A stretch of 29,281 nucleotides of DNA from an uncultured virus (IMG/VR IMGVR_UViG_3300035445_000156) (taxonomy: Duplodnaviria; Heunggongvirae; Uroviricota; Caudoviricetes), in the IMG/VR virus record IMGVR_UViG_3300035445_000156, positions 62,001-91,281 of that record. One strand, written 5' to 3'. The notes beneath the pieces were generated by a model, which saw only the letters and a program-made list of their open reading frames with translations, had not been told where the DNA came from and ran no database searches. A program made the position numbers and the translations under genes. Position 1 is the stretch's first letter. Every line of letters starts with the position of its first letter. Below are positions 26,454 to 29,281 of this stretch, one piece after another.

Positions 26454-27131
26454 ATGACACCCGAAGAGCTCGTCACCGGCGCCCTGCCGCTCGAGCCGCT
26501 CCCGACGACCGACGCGCGCTCGGCCGCGCTGTCGCGGCTGAAGCTCTACGTCTCGCTGCTCCGGTTCCGCCGGACGGGCGACAAGGGCGGCGCCCCGGTC
26601 GAGTTCCGCGTCCGGCCGGAGGACGTCCTGACCGAGTGGCCCGACAACAACCACGAGCTGCACCTGCCGAGCGTCGCCTTCCTGCCGGCGCCGGGCGAGC
26701 TGCAGGCGCCCGCGCTCGGGCCGCCGCGCGAGCTCGAGGAGACGGTCGACGAGTTCGGCGAGGGCACCGTGCTCGTCTACGAGAGCGACTACGTCGAGAC
26801 CTTCACTGTCGAGGTGTGGGGGGCGAGCCGGGCGGAACGGCGCGCGCTCGTCGCCGGGCTCAAGGCGGCGCTCGTCGGCGAGGCGAGCCAGGCACTCGCG
26901 GTGGTCCTGCCCGACTACTACGGGCAGGTCGCGACCTTCCTCCTGCTCGGCGCGCAGAACTTCGACGACCCCGACGTCGCGCGCAACCGCAGGCGCGCCG
27001 GCCTGAGCGTGCAGCTCACGGTTCCCGAGGTGCGGCTCGCGCGCTACCCGGTGCTCCGGCCCGCCGAGTCCGTGCTCGTCCTCGAGCCCTCCTACTGCGC
27101 GACCGTCGAGCGGCCGCCCGAGTGCGCCTAG
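26454..27131 (+). CDS. putative tail terminator/completion protein
   Basis: Position before the sheath gene; LPSVAF and TVEVWGASRAER motifs. Confidence 0.6.
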   Translation: MTPEELVTGALPLEPLPTTDARSAALSRLKLYVSLLRFRRTGDKGGAPVEFRVRPEDVLTEWPDNNHELHLPSVAFLPAPGELQAPALGPPRELEETVDEFGEGTVLVYESDYVETFTVEVWGASRAERRALVAGLKAALVGEASQALAVVLPDYYGQVATFLLLGAQNFDDPDVARNRRRAGLSVQLTVPEVRLARYPVLRPAESVLVLEPSYCATVERPPECA

Positions 27132-27289
27132 AAGAGGACCCGCGCCTCGCGTCGGCGGAGCAGGCGCTCGCGCTCGGTCGGGGTCGACGGGTACCGGACG
27201 ATCTCCCGCCCCGCCTTGCACCGGAAGGCTACCGCGCCGACCTCGCCCCTCGCCTTGCGGTTCTGTCGCCTCGTGAGTATTCGCTTCAT
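27128..27289 (-). CDS. small basic protein (53 aa, not in the ORF track)
   Basis: MKRILTRRQNRKARG...EARVLF; minus-strand CATCAT-N7-ATG; the stop overlaps the neighbour's stop at CTAG. Confidence 0.55.
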   Translation of the reverse strand: MKRILTRRQNRKARGEVGAVAFRCKAGREIVRYPSTPTERERLLRRREARVLF

Positions 27290-27307
27290 GACCCGGATGA
27301 TGCGCCG

Positions 27308-27340
27308 GAGATAACACCGGTGTTATCTCAAGGACAAACC
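27308..27340 (+). repeat. 33-bp palindromic dispersed element, copy 5 (intergenic)
   Basis: The palindrome is intact; the tail variant is AAGGACAAACC. Confidence 0.95.
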
Positions 27341-27356
27341 GAGCATCATCGCGCCC

Positions 27357-27593
27357 ATGGCCACGAAGAGAAACCCGGGCAAGTACGACTGCTATGAGAA
27401 CGCCGAGCCGGACGAGCCGCTGTTCGTGCTGCTCGCGTCGTCTCGCGTGTCGCTCCTTGCCATGTGCGCCGCGTTCCTCGGACTCCTCTGGCACGCGCTG
27501 TTCAGGCGACCCTCCGACCCGGCCAAGGTGAGCGAGGCGGCGGACTGCGCGCGGGGGATGCGCGGGTGGCGCGCGACGTACCGCCCCGAGTGA
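27357..27593 (+). CDS. conserved small phage protein (NPGxYDCY...PDEPLFVL)
   Basis: Recognisable motif pattern; CATCAT-N7 before the ATG. Confidence 0.7.
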   Translation: MATKRNPGKYDCYENAEPDEPLFVLLASSRVSLLAMCAAFLGLLWHALFRRPSDPAKVSEAADCARGMRGWRATYRPE

Positions 27594-27703
27594 CGAGGCG
27601 GAGCAGGGGGATGCGGCTCCGGTGCGCCGCGTGCGGGTGGCGCGGGCCCTGCGTATTCTGCGGCTTCTGCGCGCGGTGGTACTGCTCGCTCTGCGCGTGC
27701 TGA
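27590..27703 (+). CDS. possible zinc-finger microprotein
   Basis: GTG is coupled to the upstream stop; CAAC, CVFCGFC and CSLCAC in 37 aa. Confidence 0.45.
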   Translation: MTRRSRGMRLRCAACGWRGPCVFCGFCARWYCSLCAC

Positions 27704-27740
27704 CCGGCGTCCGGCGACCGCGCGGGATACCCTCCCGCGC

Positions 27741-29281
27741 ATGGGCGTAGGGTTCATCCGCAGGTACGGGTTCGACCCCGGAGTCGAGGAGCTCGCCAAG
27801 ATCGAGGGCGTCGCGGTCATCGACCGCGAGCCGCCGCAGATCGTGACGGGGATCGGCACCGGGACGGTGTGCGTCGTGGGCGAGTTCGAGAACGGCCCCT
27901 TCGCGTTCGACGAGTCTCCCGGGGCGAGTCAGGGGCCGGTCGAGGTGTTCGGCTCGGGCGACGTGCTGAGCCGCTTCGGCGACCTCGGCTACGAGTACGC
28001 GGGCGTACCGAGCAACAACCCGTGCGCGCGCTCCCGGCTCGCGGACGGGGCGGTCGTCCCGGAGTACTGGAACGGCAACGGCGCTGTCGCGCTCGCGCGC
28101 AAGGCGTTCCGGCGCCTGCTGCTCGCGCGCGTCGACACGAGCGTCGGCGAGGTGACCTTCACGCGCCTGGCCTCGATCGTCGGCGGCGACGACTTCACGT
28201 TCGACCTGGAACCGGCTCAGGCGCTCGTCTTCGACGTCGGCGCCGGCAACGTGACGGCGACCTTCACGGCCGCGGCGGCGACGCTGAACAGCGCGGCCGG
28301 CACCTACCCGTCGACCTTCGCGGGCGGCGAGTCGATCACGTTCGCGCTCGACGGGACCGAGTACACGGCCGTCTTCCTCGCGGCCGACCAGACGCAGGCG
28401 CAGGTGATCGCCCGGATGAACCTCGCGGCCGGCTACGCCGCGTTCGTGGACGAGGGCGGCGCGGTCACGTCGATCAACGGCCGGATTCGGGGCACGGACG
28501 GGAGCGTGCAGGTCGTCGCCGTGTCTGCGCTCATCGTCACGACGGCGACCGGCTTCGCGGCCGGCGCGGCGGTCCCCGGGACCGGCAACGTCGCGGATAT
28601 TGACGCGGTGACCGTCGCGGAGGCGAACGCGATCGTCAACGCGGCCGACCCCGACACGTTCGTCGACCGCACCTCGTCGGGCAACGCGCGGATCTACACG
28701 GCGCAGCCCACGATCGTCCTCGACGCGACGACCGACGCGGACGCCTTCGGTTTCGCGGAGGGCGTGACCGCGGACGCGGAGGTCGGGACCGCCGGCTCCA
28801 TCCCCGCCGGCACGCGCGTCTCGACGGGCGCGATCGACTTCGTGACGATGCGGGACCTCGCAGTCGCGGCCGACTCGTCGGGGCCCTACGCGGTCAAGGT
28901 CCGGCACGCGCTCGACGACGGGACGGGGCTCGGGGCGGGCGTCGCGACGGTGGACGTCGTCGGCGACTCGACCGGCGCGTTCCCGATCGCGCTCGGCGCC
29001 TTCTCCGTGACGAACCTCCTGCCGATCTCCGCGGCCCTGTCGGAGGCCGCGATCGACGCGCGGTACGTGCAGGCGGTCGGCAAGACGAAGAGCGTCCGCA
29101 ACGTCGGCAAGGAGATCACGATCATCGCGAGCGCCCGGCAGAGCAACGTCGTCCGGAACGAGCTCCGGAGCAACGCGCTCGACGCCTCCGCGAACGGCTG
29201 CTTCGGTCGGGTCGCGACGATCCGCCCGCCGCTCGGGACGACGACGCGCGCGCTCGCGCTCTCGACGACCTCGCAGCCGGG
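27741..29281 (+). CDS. tail sheath protein (truncated by the window end)
   Basis: TACCCT-N7-ATG 27741 with an open frame to the window end. The N-terminus IEGVAVIDREPPQIVTGIGTGTVCVVGEFENGP...PVEV....DVLSRFG is typical of contractile sheath proteins. Confidence 0.85.
   Translation, partial: MGVGFIRRYGFDPGVEELAKIEGVAVIDREPPQIVTGIGTGTVCVVGEFENGPFAFDESPGASQGPVEVFGSGDVLSRFGDLGYEYAGVPSNNPCARSRLADGAVVPEYWNGNGAVALARKAFRRLLLARVDTSVGEVTFTRLASIVGGDDFTFDLEPAQALVFDVGAGNVTATFTAAAATLNSAAGTYPSTFAGGESITFALDGTEYTAVFLAADQTQAQVIARMNLAAGYAAFVDEGGAVTSINGRIRGTDGSVQVVAVSALIVTTATGFAAGAAVPGTGNVADIDAVTVAEANAIVNAADPDTFVDRTSSGNARIYTAQPTIVLDATTDADAFGFAEGVTADAEVGTAGSIPAGTRVSTGAIDFVTMRDLAVAADSSGPYAVKVRHALDDGTGLGAGVATVDVVGDSTGAFPIALGAFSVTNLLPISAALSEAAIDARYVQAVGKTKSVRNVGKEITIIASARQSNVVRNELRSNALDASANGCFGRVATIRPPLGTTTRALALSTTSQP

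Noticed and set aside
3367..27340. 33-bp repeats as a CRISPR array
   Set aside because: Copies are kilobases apart with no spacer periodicity, and no cas genes are present.

Overview
A very GC-rich segment of a tailed dsDNA phage or prophage. It carries the head and neck morphogenesis module: terminase large subunit, portal, Mu-gpF-like minor head protein, scaffold, major capsid, neck genes, and the start of a contractile tail-sheath gene that runs off the window. Many small accessory genes are interspersed among these. An RsbR-type STAS protein and a Cys-rich lipoprotein suggest a myxobacterial (Polyangia/Sorangium-like) host, which is an inference. Four observations stand out. (1) A co-oriented 33-bp element with a perfect 22-bp palindrome (GAGATAACACCGGTGTTATCTC + CGGGACAAACC) occurs five times: three copies inside genes, one on a stop codon and one between divergent promoters. 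(2) A phage-borne membrane sensor fuses an ethylene-receptor-like domain (exact FIVLCGATH motif) to an RsbR-like STAS domain. (3) Many genes have a -10-like hexamer (CATCAT/TAnnnT) 6-8 nt upstream of the start codon, implying leaderless transcripts. (4) Foreign-looking cassettes are bounded by direct repeats at stop-codon/-10 junctions, and one contains exact 57-bp and 189-bp copies of neighbouring phage sequence. All functional calls come from motif recognition by eye; no database searches were run.
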